Positions 49,129 to 63,171 are shown, numbered from the whole stretch's first letter. The stretch is 63,171 bases of DNA, filler included, from Collodictyon triciliatum (GCA_043381765.1; 8 parts of 8 records of this genome joined end to end with filler, not necessarily neighbours in it), one strand, 5' to 3'. Made by a program: numbers and translations. Notes: generated from the letters alone by a model not told the origin.

Positions 49129-52100
49129 ATGGAGTCCAATCGTGTGAAAGTCGTTTCTGCTTCAACCCTCTCTAAGTGGGGTGTTGTTCAGCACGTCGCA
49201 AATCCTTTGGATGACTCCGGTGAAGTCTCTGCAACTAATCAAGCACGCCTTCAGCAGCCGTCCAAGTTTCCCATGTCCAAGGAAATAAACGAGAAGATCG
49301 CCCTCTGGTACTTTTTTCTCTCATCATGTATTTGTTTTTATTATAGGAAGCCCTATGTTACTATTTGCATACCATGACATATTTTGCTTGATATATACAC
49401 AAATACTGTACCTTATTACTATACATCGCGGAATATCTCATCTAATTTTATGCAAAAAGACAAACAAACAAACTACGAAACTATGTAAAAGAATAATCAC
49501 ATTTGCTTAACATGAAGGAGAGGAAGCATCGTGTCCCTGGAAATCGACGCTGTTGTGAGCACGACAAATGAATCCATGACTGACCGCAATGGAGTTTCAG
49601 GAATGATACACGAGGCAGCCGGGCCCGAACTGGCCACTGAGTGTCTAAAACTCGAAGGTTGCCGAACAGGAGATGCAAAGCTCACAAAAGGATATAAACT
49701 TCCTGCAAAGTTTGATTTTGAATATTTTCAGAGATTAGATGTATATATATCTAAATTTATAGAAGTATACATATATTCATTGAAGTTTTTTTTGACTTTT
49801 TATTTTATCGCATTTTTCAATTAATGTATTGAATTGTAAAGGCATGTGATTCACACAGTGGGACCAAGGTATAATGTTAAGTATCGCACAGCCGCAGAAA
49901 ATGCACTCCACAATTGCTACCGTAATTCGCTTCAAGTGAGTGAGCAGATATACAAATCCCCAATATATCTTCGATATTTTTTTAAAAAAATATATATAAC
50001 CATTTTATCAGCATATCAAAAAAAAAACCAGGACTGAACTGGCAAAACAACCATGTCTTCTATCTCATTAGTTGGTGAAGGAAAATAAGCTAAAATCTAT
50101 TGGATTCCCCGTTGTGAACTCAGAGAAGCGTGGTTATCCGTTGGATATTGGAGCACACATAGCGATTCGTGCGATTTCATGAGGAGCTATACGCATTTAG
50201 AAATATGTTTCTCTGCCTCTCTGTCTTTTTTCTGTTTTTCTCAACCTAATTTACTGGGCAATAGGTACGGTTCGCCGTTTCCTGGAACACTTTGGACGTG
50301 ATGTCGACTTGATCGTCTTTGTAATGGACACCGACAGAGACATTGAGATCTACCAGAAAACACTGCCTCTATACTTTCCCCGCAATGAAAAGGAGGAACA
50401 GCAAGCAAAGATTGATTTGCCTGAGGATACAGGTAACGAATTCGGAGAAACGGTGGTTGCAGAGCGGATGATTCGTGTCAGCGAAGGACCATTCAAGAAA
50501 AAGGAAGGCGAGTCTTCAGTTTGCTTGTTTCATTACACTCAACAGTCACTACTTCTGTGCTTTGAATCAATTTCATGGCTCAGAAATTTAGTTCCTGACG
50601 GATATTGCGCATCCCACTAGAGACAAAACCCATCGTAGCCCATCCCATCCCTCAAACTACCCAACCAGTAGAACAGCAATCTTCTCAATCTCAGCAATCT
50701 CTATTGTCATCATCGAATGCCTCTGATTTTGTCTCTATGCAATCCGACCCTGACAAGGTAAATAAATAATTATTGTTATTAATAGTAGTAATAACCATAT
50801 TTCAGCTAATAAAACTGCGAATAAGTAGAGTAATTATATGTCATCTATTTTCTCAAAAAAAAAGATGATATGTGGAAGACATCTCTTGATAATATTTCCT
50901 CTTCTCAACCTTTTCATATCATAATATCTCTACGCAAAAAGGCTCGTATCCAATCTTTGCAAGCAAGAAGCAAGGAAGAGCTTGATGATGAAGAGGCTGA
51001 GAAGCGTTTCATTAGGCTGTACCGCAAAGCTCGTCAAGAGAACTTGTCAGATTTGGCTGAAATGAAATTCATCTATCAATCTGGTTGGTTAAATTCATAT
51101 CTGCATCTCAATACAAGGCGAAATTTTCATGTGTGCTCAGGACTTTTACCATGTCATACTTTATACTGATGCAAATTAGGGTCTGATCTTTCCGGTCGGC
51201 CAATCCTTGTCGTGGTTTCCCGCAACATCAACGTTCAAACTGTCAGTATACATAATATTTGATGTATTACGCACTTCTTTTTTGAAAATTTTATGTGATA
51301 CCATCATCGCAGGGAACCTGGGATGCTAAATCGATGATTATTATTATTATTATTTTTGTTTTGTTTTTTGTTTTTTATTTTTTATTTTATCGATTATCTA
51401 TCTATCTCTTCTCTTTTTCATTTTAATATTTGATTTTATGTAATATGGTACGAACATGTTTAAGAATTTGACCGTTTCTATCGTTTATTTATCTAGGTTG
51501 ATTTGGAGAGGGTTCACATGTACATCTATCTTGTACTGGAGCCTTACTTACGTCGGGAATACTCTGTTCTTTACATTCATACCGAAAGTGCATCCGAGAA
51601 TCAGCCAGATTTTAGTTGGCTTAAACAAATCTACGACCTTTTACCCAACACGTATGAACATAATGTCATACTCTATAACTGTCAGAATAATTTTTTTTTA
51701 TTTTTCTCTACCAATCGTTTTCTAATATTCCCATCTTTATAGCCTCCGACGAAATTTGAAACGGATGTTTGTTTTACATCCCACTTTCCTTCTGAAAACA
51801 TTCTTCCTCTTCCTCACTCCGTTTTTGAGCGAAAGTTTTTGGGAGAAACTCAATTACTATGACAACCTGACTGAGTTATTCAAGTTCGTCGATCCAAAAT
51901 CTATTCAAATACCTGCGTTTGTCTACGAGTGAGTTTGACTCGTTTTCTCTCTTTTTTCTAATCACAAAAATTAAACCCTTACCATAATGTCTTGAAATTT
52001 GAATTTTCTTATTTTTCTTTTTCATTTTAACCCCTGACTCTTAACTATACGTCTATTATACTTTTACTCTATACTCAATGCTCTCTCTTTTCTAATAATT

Positions 52101-52199
52101 TTTTTTTTTTTACTTAGTTACGACAAGCGTGTGAATGGCTTCGACCCATCGATGGTAACACGCGAACAATCTGCTCTTGCGCCCCACAGCGAACTCTAG
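49129..52199 (+). CDS. GDAP2: GDAP2-like protein (Macro domain + CRAL-TRIO/SEC14-like domain)
   Basis: SKFPMSKEINEKIALW; DAVVSTTNESM; GCRTGDAKLTKGYKLPA; VIHTVGPRYNVKYRTAAENALHNCYRNSL; GAHIAIRTVRRFLE; LPLYFPRN; DTGNEFGE; C-terminal RRNLKRMFVLHPTFLLK..QIPAFVYE. Confidence 0.93.
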
Positions 52200-52660
52200 A
52201 GAATCTTCTTTGCCTCCACCATATTTACTTCACAATTCCTTCTTTCACTCCCTCTTTGATTAAACGAGCAACAACCCACCCATTCGCCTTCTGGCAGTTT
52301 CTCCACCTCTACTTTTTTCTTTTTTCTTCTTTATCTTTATAACCTTTTTTTCTTTTCTTCATTTTTTCTTCTTTTCCCCTTTTTTCTTTTCTTCTTCCCC
52401 TTTTTTCTTTTCTTCTTCCCCTTTTTTCTTTTCTTCTTTTCTTTTTTACTCTTTTACTCTTTTTTCTCATTCAATTATATTAATAACATGCGAAAAAAAT
52501 AGTAGAGCATGCTAACTTTTAAATAATAACAATCTTGCACAGTGATGGATAGAGGTAAATCTGATTCCACACCATGAGAAAATCTTTGCATCAGGCATGT
52601 TCAATACCCTTTCTTGATATATTTAACAAGCAAGAGAGATGAAAAGGAAAAGAGAAACAG

Positions 52661-53122
52661 TTACGAATCATCGAGCGAAGGAAGGCACGACTGTATGAAA
52701 AACTCGCTGAGAAATGGGACTCTCACTTTATAATATTGACATGGATAGGAAACCCACCACAGAAGGAACAAAAAGCACTCACATCCCGATAGAACAGAAC
52801 AAAAATGAAGAAAGAAAGCGAGACAAAACATAAAGCATTGGTGATATTATACGCGAAATATATATATATATAACTTAATGCACAGGGGCACCGGATAACC
52901 CTGTAAACCCGTCGTAGAAGAATAGAGCACATAACTGGAGAAAGCGAGCGAAAATAAAATAAAAACATCACAGGAAACGGATGGCATGCACAACTATCTG
53001 TTCATCCTATATAATACAAGAACAAAGTATTATTATCATCAAAATAAGATTGGGACATCACCTTAGAATTAAAATTAATCAAAAAATATGTGCAAATGAG
53101 AGGCAAACAATTTAGAATTCTG

Positions 53123-53221
<99 letters not shown>

Positions 53222-56200
53222 TTAAGAAATAAAGACTCAATCATATATTTTTCACAGGAATAATAGGATGTGATGAGGCAAATTTTCATTTTAACATGGC
53301 ATTATAATGGTGATTGCGCACTTACTTTGTGCGGAATTCGTGGACGACGTCATGGATAGCGGGCCTTTTGTGCGGCTCTGCGTCCCAGCATTTCTTTATC
53401 AATTTTTTGTACCATTTCTCGAGTTTCTTTGGTATCGGTGGTCGCTGTCCTTGGATAATTAGCTGGCAAGGGTCCTAATTAACCACAAGTTAGAGGGTTG
53501 CGTAGTTTCATGTCGTGGGTGTATAACTATCAAAGAAAAAAGAAGTAAAAAGAGTAAGACTGGGATATAGAAAGAGATTAACCACAATTACGAATATGGA
53601 GAAAAGGTAGGGTATTCAAAATGTTGGAAGCGAATCGATGGGCTGTGTATCATATGTTGATGGAGTTAATCGCACATTATCTCCAGAACAGAATAGGTCT
53701 TTGCATGTGAATATCTCCCACAGCATTATGCCGAGACTGAAAATGTCTGATTTTTGTGAGAAAATGTGTGAAGACAGAACCTAGATGAGGTACACAAACT
53801 TAAACGTGCTTCTTATTTTTCTAGTACCATTTTTATATCTGCTTCAAAAAAATCATGCATTTGTATATCCCTTTAGTATATGTTGGTATGCATACAAAAA
53901 ATGATAAATATGTGCTTGTTTTCTGGATGAAGTATCTTTTAATGTAGGGATATTGAGCGTATGCAGACTTACTTCTGGAGCGGCATACATAGGGACAGAT
54001 GACAAGTACCGAATTTCCTCGGGACTGCTTTGGGTTTTTCCAATTATCCTGGACATACCGAAGTCTGCAAGTTTAATTCTGCCGTGATTATCGACCTTTA
54101 AAAGAGAGAATCATTAGATTATAAAAGAATTAGGGTTAAGAACGGAGTTGTAGTGATTTGGATAAATAAATGGAAGAAGAAAAAAAGAACAGAGTTGTGG
54201 TAGTGGTATGTGTGTTTTGATGATTGATTTGGATATTCAATCTGACTTTCATTTCAGAATTAGGTGATATGTAAATAAATAAAATTAATTTCATAGACAA
54301 TATGCTCCAGTAAGAGAAAACGGATGTTGCTTGCTTACTAAACAATTAGCAGATTTCAAGTCGCAGTGGATTATTGGCCCGTGCGGGTGATGGTGTAATT
54401 GCTGAATGCCTTTGGAAACATCGAGCGCGATATTAAAAAGGGTCTCTTTACTGAGTCTAATATGCATTTACATGTAAGTTTTAGTCAGTTAAATATATTA
54501 GGTGAAGAGCTCCTCCGCGCGAAAAGAAGGGGAAAAAAACAACATATATGAAGTATTGGAGACAATAAAAAAAAAGTGGATGTGATTGACTAGCATACAT
54601 ATTTCTCTTATCCCTTAAATAATCATATAGTGACCCATTCGGCATGTATTCCATCACAATCCCGAATGTCGGGGGATGTATACAAGCTCCGTAAAATGTA
54701 AGGACGTTGGAGGCTTGGCTTCTTTGAAGAGTTCTGAGTGTTTCGCAGATGCAAGAAGAAAAAAAAGAAGGAATATTATTTTTAGTCTCTTTGATTAAAT
54801 ACTGTAAAGTAGTCGGGCCCGTTTGCAAATGATTAACCAATTGTATAAGAAATCTAATAGAATCGTACATATTTTATATTTAAGCGATTGAATTTAACAA
54901 AACAAAAAATATAAAATTGTTGTATACCGGAATATGTTAAGCTCATTTGCAAATTTTTCGGTGAGTTCGTGGGAGCTGTGTTGTTGGGCTATGTTCTTTA
55001 CTATAACATCCTTTCCCTTCCACTTCCCAATCAATAACTCGGCAAACTGACTGGGCTTGAAATGCTGTTATGATTAAGCTAATGTCAGTAAAAAGTATCT
55101 ACAAAAGAACAAAACCGTTCAAGATTCTTTATCTTTCGAAATGGATCTAAAACATCTTATATGAATGTTGGATAAATCAATACCTGAATATTATCAATGT
55201 CCTCATATCTGATATCGCTCTGGTGAGGAAATAGAAAGGTTTCAGGATATCCGAAATGGTCCTCTGTGATGAAATTACGTATTAGTCACACTTCATTAAC
55301 ACACTATGACTATGGTTATTTTTTTATCTATTTTTTTATTTTTGCTTTCTTTCAACGCGGTTTGGAGAAATTTGATGGAATACCCAGAGCGGTAGATTTG
55401 AAAAATGAACGAATCGGTTCGGGACCCAAGAGACATACGGGCAAAGGTGGTATCTCAAGCGGATTTCCCTGTGTTATTTCAAGTTCATACAATCATTTTA
55501 CTAATTTAAGAGAAAGGCTCTTAAAAGGGGGAAAATATGATGTATTTATTGCAGTATGATAAGTTCTAGAGAAAGCATACGTTTAACACCAACTCAGTCA
55601 ATTTTAGTAATTTTGAAAAGCTGTGTGGGAGTGCTGTCATGCTATTTTCCTCTATGCAGAGGGACTTAAGATTAACTATATGCCCAATTTCATCAGGCAG
55701 CTCAGTTAAAGCATTTCGCGCTACATTGATCTTTTCCAAGTTTGAGCACTTTGATAATGTTGTAGGGAGCGAGGTTATTTGGTTTCCTTTCAGAAATAAT
55801 CCGTGAAGCGAAGTAATAAAGAACATGCTGGGAGGTATTTGTTCTATCATGTTTTCACACAAACTCAGTATTTGTAATGAATAATTGGATATTATCATCC
55901 AAGGATGGAGCTGAATCTGGTTTTTGTTGAGTGAAAGGTATGTGAGGGACGGTAAGGACAAATATTCGACTGGGAACTCTGAGATTTTATTTTCATCTAG
56001 TATTATTCTACTTAAGACGGAAAGGTTTGACAGACCACGAGGTGTGTGAGTAATTCTGTTAGCCTTAGCATCCAATCGAACCAGTTGAATACAGGAAGAA
56101 AGACTCTCTGGGAGTGCTGTTATTTTGTTATTGTGGAGACCGATGTAAGTAAGATTTGATAAATTTTGAAAGAGATGGGATGGTAAGTGCAAAAGGATAT

Positions 56201-57053
56201 TGTTATGCGCACTGATACTCTGGAGGGAACTGAGACAAGAAATGTTTTCGGGAAGTGTCGATAGTTTGTTTCCGTCCAAGTTGAGGATTTGAACATGGGG
56301 CATGAATGGCTCTGATGTGTCATGAAATGGTAGCACAAGGTCACTGAGACATTTTGAATTTAACGATAGGACTGTGACTTTAGAGTAGTCAAAGTAGAAT
56401 ATAGACCCTTTTGTTTTCAGTTTTTCGAGGGTGTTTGGAGAAGAAAAAGCCGAACTGGGTACACCGGGTGATCCAGGGCCGGAATTGGACTTTCCAGACG
56501 AGCCGTGCGATGAACTAGAGGCAGAGTGTGTTGACTTTGGCCTTTCTGAGATGCTATCACTGAATGATGTGCTTCTGCTGGGTGTTTTCTGTGAACAGGT
56601 TGCGATGGATGTAGATGCATTTGAGCTGGTGTTAGCATAAGAAGATGCAACAGAATGAAGGGACGTTGTATCGGATTTTTTTGAAGACGAAGACTCTGCC
56701 TCTGGGTGATGGATTCGATTAGTGATAGGCGACTGGATAGCACATTCCTCTTCATTGGCTTCGTCTAAGGAAACCATAGATGCGGATGAGGGGAAAAGAC
56801 TAGAGGCATGGGATATGGCGCTTTGGCAATCGTTATCTTCTCCTTGGTCGTTAGCTTCGTGTATACCGCTCGGGTTAAAACTGCTTGGATGAATAAAGAT
56901 GGCTTTCTTTGGGTTCTTTTTTGACTTGTGAGTCGACGTCTTTTTTTGTTGGTGAAGTGCCTTTGTCTGTCTCTTGGTGTCGTAAAAGCTGCACCCGGTA
57001 CTTGGCTCCCTGTATGGGTGATTTGGATTATTTCTTTGAAGGATTACAATCAT
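52661..57053 (-). CDS. Cytosolic LRR + TKL protein kinase with a Ser-rich N-terminal region (5'-partial)
   Basis: About 10 LRRs (LNLDGNKLSTLPENISCLSSLQ..). Kinase: FYGACIHPPTFGIVMEYMPNGSL, IIHCDLKSAN, IKLADFGMSR, YAAPE, SDIFSLGIMLWEIFT, CWDAEPHKRP. Confidence 0.9.
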
Positions 57054-57121
57054 CGAGAGAAATAAGCAAGATCTTTGGATAGAGTTCGATTAAACAGAAC
57101 AATTATAATTTTCGTGCAGAA

Positions 57122-57223
<102 letters not shown>

Positions 57224-58580
57224 NNNNNNNNNNNNNNNNNNNNNNNNNNNNNNNNNNNNNNNNNNNNTTAATTAATTAANNNNNNNNNNNNNNNNNNNNN
57301 NNNNNNNNNNNNNNNNNNNNNNNTTTTTCTTTTTTTCTTTTTTTCTTTTTTTTTTTTTTTTCTTTTTTTTCTTTTTTTTCTTTTTTTTTCTTATTTTTCT
57401 TTTTTTTTTTCTTATTTTTCTTTTTTTCTTTTTGTTCTAACACCAATCAGGGCGCGGCATAGCAGCCGCACACAGCAAATACACACACGACTAGAACCAA
57501 TTAGAAAAACAAAATTGTCTTGCGTGGGTACTCTTATAGCTTATCGCAGTTTCGTCCCACTTCGATAGAGAAGGATCGATGTATAAAAAATGGCCGCCTC
57601 CTCACTTGCCAGAGCGCTCATGTGAAGGATTCGGAAGCAACTATAGAAGCAGAAGCAGAGCGGTGCCATCGGGCGGGGCTGATCGATCCTTCTAAAAATT
57701 CACTGTTCGTATGTGGAAATACAGTGACATTAAGCGGAAGACAAGAAATTTCAGTGATTTTCAGATGCTTTGGGAGGCGCTTCCCCAAGAGCCTTTTTGG
57801 TTGTTGTTTGAGCCCATTGCAACGCACAAACCTCTCTAGAAAACAAGACCGAAACCCCGCATCCCTCAAACAATTAAATCTATTTGCTTTCTACCCCCTA
57901 CTGAGCGCAGCGTCAAAATTATGATGCTTAGATCACACGCGTCACTCCACCCTTTTCTAGCGAGTATTTCCATGCGTGTTGTGCATTTAAAGGGTTGGAC
58001 CATTTCATTGAATTATTTGTGGCTTTCCTTTGTTACGAAGTTCGTAACCAGGCCCCCACAAATGAACCCAAGAGCGTACTTAAATTCAACGAATTCAGAG
58101 CATTTTCGTCCAACATCCATTGATACAAGTAGCAACCAGCCCCACAGGACAGAACACACCTTCAGCCCCACGGGGAGAACAAACAGGCTACACCCTTGCC
58201 AAGATCACTGCCTCACCCCTTGACTATGTAGGCCAGTTGGACACGTCAGCTTGTTCGCAAACGCAAGGAGGCTACCCAGGTACTTTTTTTTGTGATGAGC
58301 AGCTAAGCAAACACTAGTACTCATCCTGATACGCTTATACCGACCGTGTCGTAAGAAAAGAAAACACGGGAAGGCTAGTGAAAGCCAATCTCTTCAAAAA
58401 CATCATACAGCTATACCATAATTTTTGTCAACAGTACTATAAGCAAGCAATTACGCTTTTTTTCTCTGGGATAAAGAAATTAGACAGGAATCAAAGGACA
58501 CATAGATCATAACATTTTAAACTAAACATTAATCATACACCGACCACAAAAGATCTTTAAATAAATATAGACACATACAA

Positions 58581-59739
58581 ATGAGCTTTTACGACTATGC
58601 AGCAGTAATTTCACTTTTTCATAACAAATTCAGATAAACAGAAGAAATCATAACATAAGCTGCATATACCACTACACCCTAGTACACAAGGCAAATGGGA
58701 CTCACGCATTAACCTTAGTCTTCCTACGGAGCCCCGTCCGCCCAGCCTGCCTACCCGCCCCGAAACTCCTCCACATCCTACTATGAGCCGCCTGTTCCTG
58801 GGCAAGAGCGACCCATCCCAAGCTCGCGACTCGACCCACAGCAACGTGAGTCTACACATACATTGCCCTAGGCCACTTCCTAACTCCCTTTCAACTTTGC
58901 CATGCCCTTATATTTCACGGCAATGTCACGTGCCAACTTGTTGATATCCCTTCATGTATTCTCTAGTTGAGGAGATCGACTCGCGCTCTGTGTTTGTCGG
59001 AAATGTACGTCCACCCGCATACGGTTCCCTGCGTGGCATGATAGCCCTAAATAGAGACTGACAGGCTCTCTTATCGTCTCGCTTACGATGTCCTCGCCAA
59101 CTCCCTTTTTGCAGGTTGAGTTCCGCTCCACAGCCGAGCAGCTGAAGCACCACTTCAGCAACTGCGGTGCGATCAACCGAGTCACCATCGCAACGAACAA
59201 AGAGACCGGCCACCCCCGCGGGTCTGATCCACTTGCCTTTCGCGCCTGCTCTCCATAGTAGGTCCTTAACCTAACACTCTTTCGTATTGATCCTCTCCCT
59301 CAGATATGGCTTCATCGAATTTGCCACCAAGGAGGGCGCAACCAACGCAGTCACGCTGACAGACTCTGTCTTCTTTGAGCGCCCGTTGAAGGTACGCCGG
59401 CCCTCACTCCGCTTGATATTGAGCAAACATGCCTCGTATGGTATCCTCAGCCGCCATCTCCAGGTTGTCTCGAAGCGCACCTACGCCCCTGACCCAAGCA
59501 CCCCGCGTCGTCCTCGTGGCCCTCGTGGTCCTCGTCGCGCCCCATATGGATACGCGCAGCCGTACCCTGGCCACACTGCATACATGCCTGTCTCCGTGCC
59601 ACACGGCGGCTACGTCCCTGCCGCATACCCACCCGCCTATCCCGCCTACGCTGTGCCGCCTGCCTCGACGTACTCCCCGTCTGGTCCCATCTACACCTCG
59701 CGCGCCTCTCGCCCCCCGCGCCAGTACGAGCCCTACTAA
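58581..59739 (+). CDS. PABPN1: Nuclear poly(A)-binding protein 2-like single-RRM protein
   Basis: EEIDSRSVFVGN / VEFRSTAEQLKHHFSNCGAINRVTIATNKETGHPRG / YGFIEFA..AVTLTDSVFFERPLK / VVSKRT, then an R/P/Y-rich tail ending in EPY*. Exons join in frame from the ATG at 58581. Confidence 0.85.
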
Positions 59740-60564
59740 GAAGCGACCTGGGCACTTCGCTGTTCATTTTAGCCTTGTCATTAGTCTGTCGACAGAGCAA
59801 CTACGAAGTGAGCTTCTTTCAACGGCGCCCGGCTTCTGATTTTGCCTCTGCGCTTTTTCTTTTGTTGTCTTTACTCCTGCTTCTTTACTCTCCTCCACGC
59901 TTTAATGTTACTAATCGTTTGAAGGATAACTGATTAATAAATGAATTCCGCTGGGCTAAACTGAACGGGGTGGTCGCTACCTGGACATCATCCCTGCTTT
60001 ACCCCTTGTATCTGGACCTACCCCACGACTCTTGCGGGTGGAAAAGGGACAAATATCACCGCGTGTAATAATTGGTCGATATCCCCTTGCGCCGGCTGGT
60101 AGGTTCACACAAATGATTACTGGATAAGAATACCCAAAGAAAATATCCACCACGGCGCTGCCTCCATCATAGCACCGTTTCGTAAGACTCGCGCTGGCCA
60201 AAAAAAAAAGCGTGGGAACAAAATCAAGTCTGCCACGAACAAGCGCAACCGGGTCAAACCCCCTATTGAAATACACCGTTTGTGAAGTAACGCCTGGGCA
60301 ACCACGACGCTGGACAAACTAAATTCTTATTGTGGAAAATATATAGAATGCTGAATTTACGATTTTGATGCTGGGTATAGCCCACACGACATAGCAATTA
60401 TTATACCTTATACCACTTCAGTGAATTATAGAGTTCGCTACAACATTACGATTATATATATCCTCCCAATGGCCACAACTTGGTTCAATCACGACTAGCT
60501 CACAAAAAGTTGCTTGCAGAGGACGTGTTCTGATCCAGTTTCTTTCTCTCCGATCGTGAAGCAG

Positions 60565-61703
60565 ATGGAAGGCCGCGTACAAAAGAAGAAGCAACCGAAG
60601 AAGAATTTGTTGCCGAAGTAGTTTATAACAGTTTATCTTTAGAATCCTTCATTCTGAGCCTCCTTTTAATCCTGTATGTACTATAAGCTATTTATTTTTT
60701 ACATCCTTTTTTCACTCACATATCTCTGCCTCCCACAGAACTGCCAAGGTTGCAGCAAGTGAGAAGGTTTGAAAAGATTACGATATTACTAGCACAATTT
60801 TTTATTCTGGCTTTTTCTTTCCCGTCTTCGCCATCGTCTCTTAAAATTCTTCTTTTGTGCTGTTTTGTTTTGCTAGTGTGTTTTGAAGATAAAAAAAAAA
60901 AGAACAAGAAATATTCATTTTCACAAACTTTTTATTTGTTAACCCGCACAGATCGACGCGCTGCCTCAAGGTCTCCTAGATCGACTGGAGAAGGTCACTA
61001 CTGGTATGTGGTGTCATTACTGAATTTGTGAAAATTCCCAATGCTAGCAGCACTTAGAAAAACTTTTTTCCTGACCAAATAAGAAGGAAAAAAAAAAACA
61101 ACCCCCCTTCGTTTCCTCTCGCTTATTCAAAGGTTTATTTTCTCCAATTAAGACAGACATTTTATAATCCTGTACAGGCCAGAAAAAACCGTCGACCTTC
61201 CATGGAAACGCACCCAGAGACATAAAAACCTGGAATACTCGTACGAATCAAAAATCAACAAACGCACCCAGAGACATAAAAACCTGGAATACTCGTACGA
61301 ATCAAAAATCAACAAGCGAACCCAGGGATACTCCGACTCAGAACCCAGTGTACTCTTGAACTGCACAAAAATATTAATTTTTTACTTAATCCAAGAAAAG
61401 ATCAACTTATTATGATTGATTTTTTTTATGCATATTTTGTCCTTGTGTGGTTCCAAAGTTATCTAAACACTTCATGATATCAGGAAGCCGCGCCCTTTTA
61501 GAGTTACCGTTCTCACCCAAGAACAAAGCGATGAAAAGGCCTTAAAGAAGGGGTTAAGATATCAAAGAACGGCCATGTTCAATCGGAAGCGATTGCAAAG
61601 AGAACCTCCTATTGTCAAACAGTCCAACAACAAATTCGGGCCATCCACAAAGTTCAATATTGAGAACCTTCCCCAATACATCAAATCACTCAAGAAGGCC
61701 TAA
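60565..61703 (+). CDS. Hypothetical small, basic multi-exon protein (largely absent from the ORF track)
   Basis: AG/GT-bounded segments at about 60952-61003, 61178-61349 and 61484-61703 join in frame (IDALPQGLLDRLEK..KPRPFRVTVL..RTAMFNRKRLQRE..KKA*). The 5' exons and start are uncertain. Confidence 0.45.
61206..61313 (+). repeat. Perfect 54-bp tandem duplication
   Basis: aaacgcacccagagacataaaaacctggaatactcgtacgaatcaaaaatcaac twice (61206-61259, 61260-61313). Confidence 0.95.
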
Positions 61704-61789
61704 CAGAATAAACCTCCGATAACCGATGGCATTCCTCTAGATAGCAAGACGTTTTCCTCCTCATCTCAAATAGCAATATATATGAACAA

Positions 61790-61893
61790 CAGTAGTGTCC
61801 TCTCTTACTCGCGTTTGCTCTCTACCATGCGCACCTATCTCGCCCCTTTGTATGGCATAACCTCGCTGCACTTTGAATCGAATGAAGGGGGAA
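61790..61893 (+). mobile_element. About 100-bp 5'-truncated family A LINE end, 15-bp TSD (1 mismatch)
   Basis: Aligns with about 18039-18139. Flanked by aatatatat(g/c)aacaa (61775-61789, 61894-61908). Confidence 0.85.
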
Positions 61894-62480
61894 AATATAT
61901 ATCAACAATTCAATTGTGGGTATGGCGCACACGACAGAGTAGCGGTAAGTTCAAATGGTTTAATCAGAAGGTAAGGGGGAGCTGCAGATGGCTAATTTAA
62001 ATTCCACATTCAGTTTATTAACATCACCCACATGTAACAATTTGTTTTCCAATCTGCCGTGTCGATCTGCCAAGATTCACGATGACACTTGGGTTCTGGT
62101 TGTGATCGCCTGGCGAACGGCGCGTGTGAATATCACGCCATAGCAATTCCTACACCCCACCCAAGACGCAGGCATTCACAACGCAATAATTCGTTGTGTG
62201 TACCTCACACTACCGCTTCAACAGAGTAGTAAAAAGCCTCGGACTCTCTTACCGTCTTTTCTAGTTCTGACTTTTAAACTTCCCTGGGTATCGCGGCTGC
62301 TTTCCTATGTCGCCAAGTTATCTGGCTACCTTTCCTTTGCCGACAAAATTAGAATTAAACCAGCCGTTTCCTCCTTGTTTTGCTTCTTCTTCTCCTTCTA
62401 TTCTTTGTTTTTCTTTATTTTCTAATTTACCTTCGCGTAGAAGCTTTCCGTGTCGCTTGCTTTTGCTCTTATCCCTTTCC

Positions 62481-63085
62481 ATGGCCGATCTTCGCAGCTT
62501 GGATGCACAAATCGCGCAGCTGAAAGAATGCAAGCCTTTGAGTGAGGCGGAGGTTAAAGCTCTCTGTGAAAAGGTCTGCATAAAACAAGCTTTTGAGCGC
62601 GTCGTAAATCATATGATTCATTGTGTATCATAATGTATGATTTGTGTGTGGATGTGTTGATCGCCGGTTAATTTTTTTCTTCACTTAAATCTGGCTCCAA
62701 AAGCGGTTTATTCGTTCTCGCTTTTCTTCTTCTTTTCTTTTCTAACACAGATTACCCCAAAAAAATCCCATCAAGCTGTACGCACGTGTAACCTTTCAAC
62801 AACACACTAGACTCGCGAAGTTTTGATGGAAGAGTCGAATGTTCAGTCTGTCCGCCTTCCTGTGACTGTCTGTGGCGATATACACGGACAGTTCCATGAC
62901 CTCCTTGAGCTTTTCCGCATCGGGGGTGCATGTCCAGACTCAAACTACCTGTTCATGGGAGACTATGTCGATCGTGGTTACTATTCTGTTGAGACGGTAA
63001 CTCTCCTGGTCGCACTGAAGCTGAGATATAGATTCCGTGTTACAATTCTGCGCGGAAATCATGAGTCTAGACAAATCACACAAGT
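62481..63085 (+). CDS. PPP2CA: Serine/threonine protein phosphatase 2A catalytic subunit (3'-partial)
   Basis: [16 protein letters not shown] / [63 protein letters not shown]. Confidence 0.93.
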
Positions 63086-63171
63086 GTACGTCCCCAAGAG
63101 AGACAGAGAAAAAAAAAAGAAGATATATACTGACCCACGTCCGCCCGCTAGCTCTCCGTCTACCTATCAAT

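Noticed and set aside
57440-58400. GC-richer segment, possibly an ncRNA or tRNA
   Set aside because: No cloverleaf, A/B box or snoRNA box pair visible by eye; an Infernal/tRNAscan search would be needed.

Overview
This is AT-rich, intron-dense eukaryotic (protist-like) DNA in the standard genetic code, and it is not one locus. Eight contig pieces are joined by an artificial 100-bp linker (N44-TTAATTAATTAA-N44). Five of the six complete pieces are 9105, 9104, 9099, 9098 and 9093 bp, i.e. size-sorted, so adjacency across linkers has no biological meaning. Spliced genes, several of them partial, encode: a TPR protein, a PMCA-type Ca2+ ATPase, a Kelch/CUB receptor TKL kinase, an LRR + Cys-rich + multipass membrane receptor, a cyclic-nucleotide-gated channel, a coiled-coil protein with a MPHOSPH9-like C-terminus, an Alba/RGG protein, GDAP2, an LRR-TKL kinase, a PABPN1-like RRM protein and a PP2A catalytic subunit. 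L1/Tx1-like LINE remnants and many microsatellites are also present. Two observations stand out. (1) The receptor gene contains twelve identically sized 69-bp, phase-1 symmetric exons, each encoding one LRR with a fixed framework and a variable ligand face; this is a candidate exon-cassette receptor diversification system. (2) Two families of very short (about 20-100 bp) retro-insertions with clear 11-18 bp target-site duplications are scattered through introns and intergenic DNA. One family is the bare 3' tail of the resident LINE.
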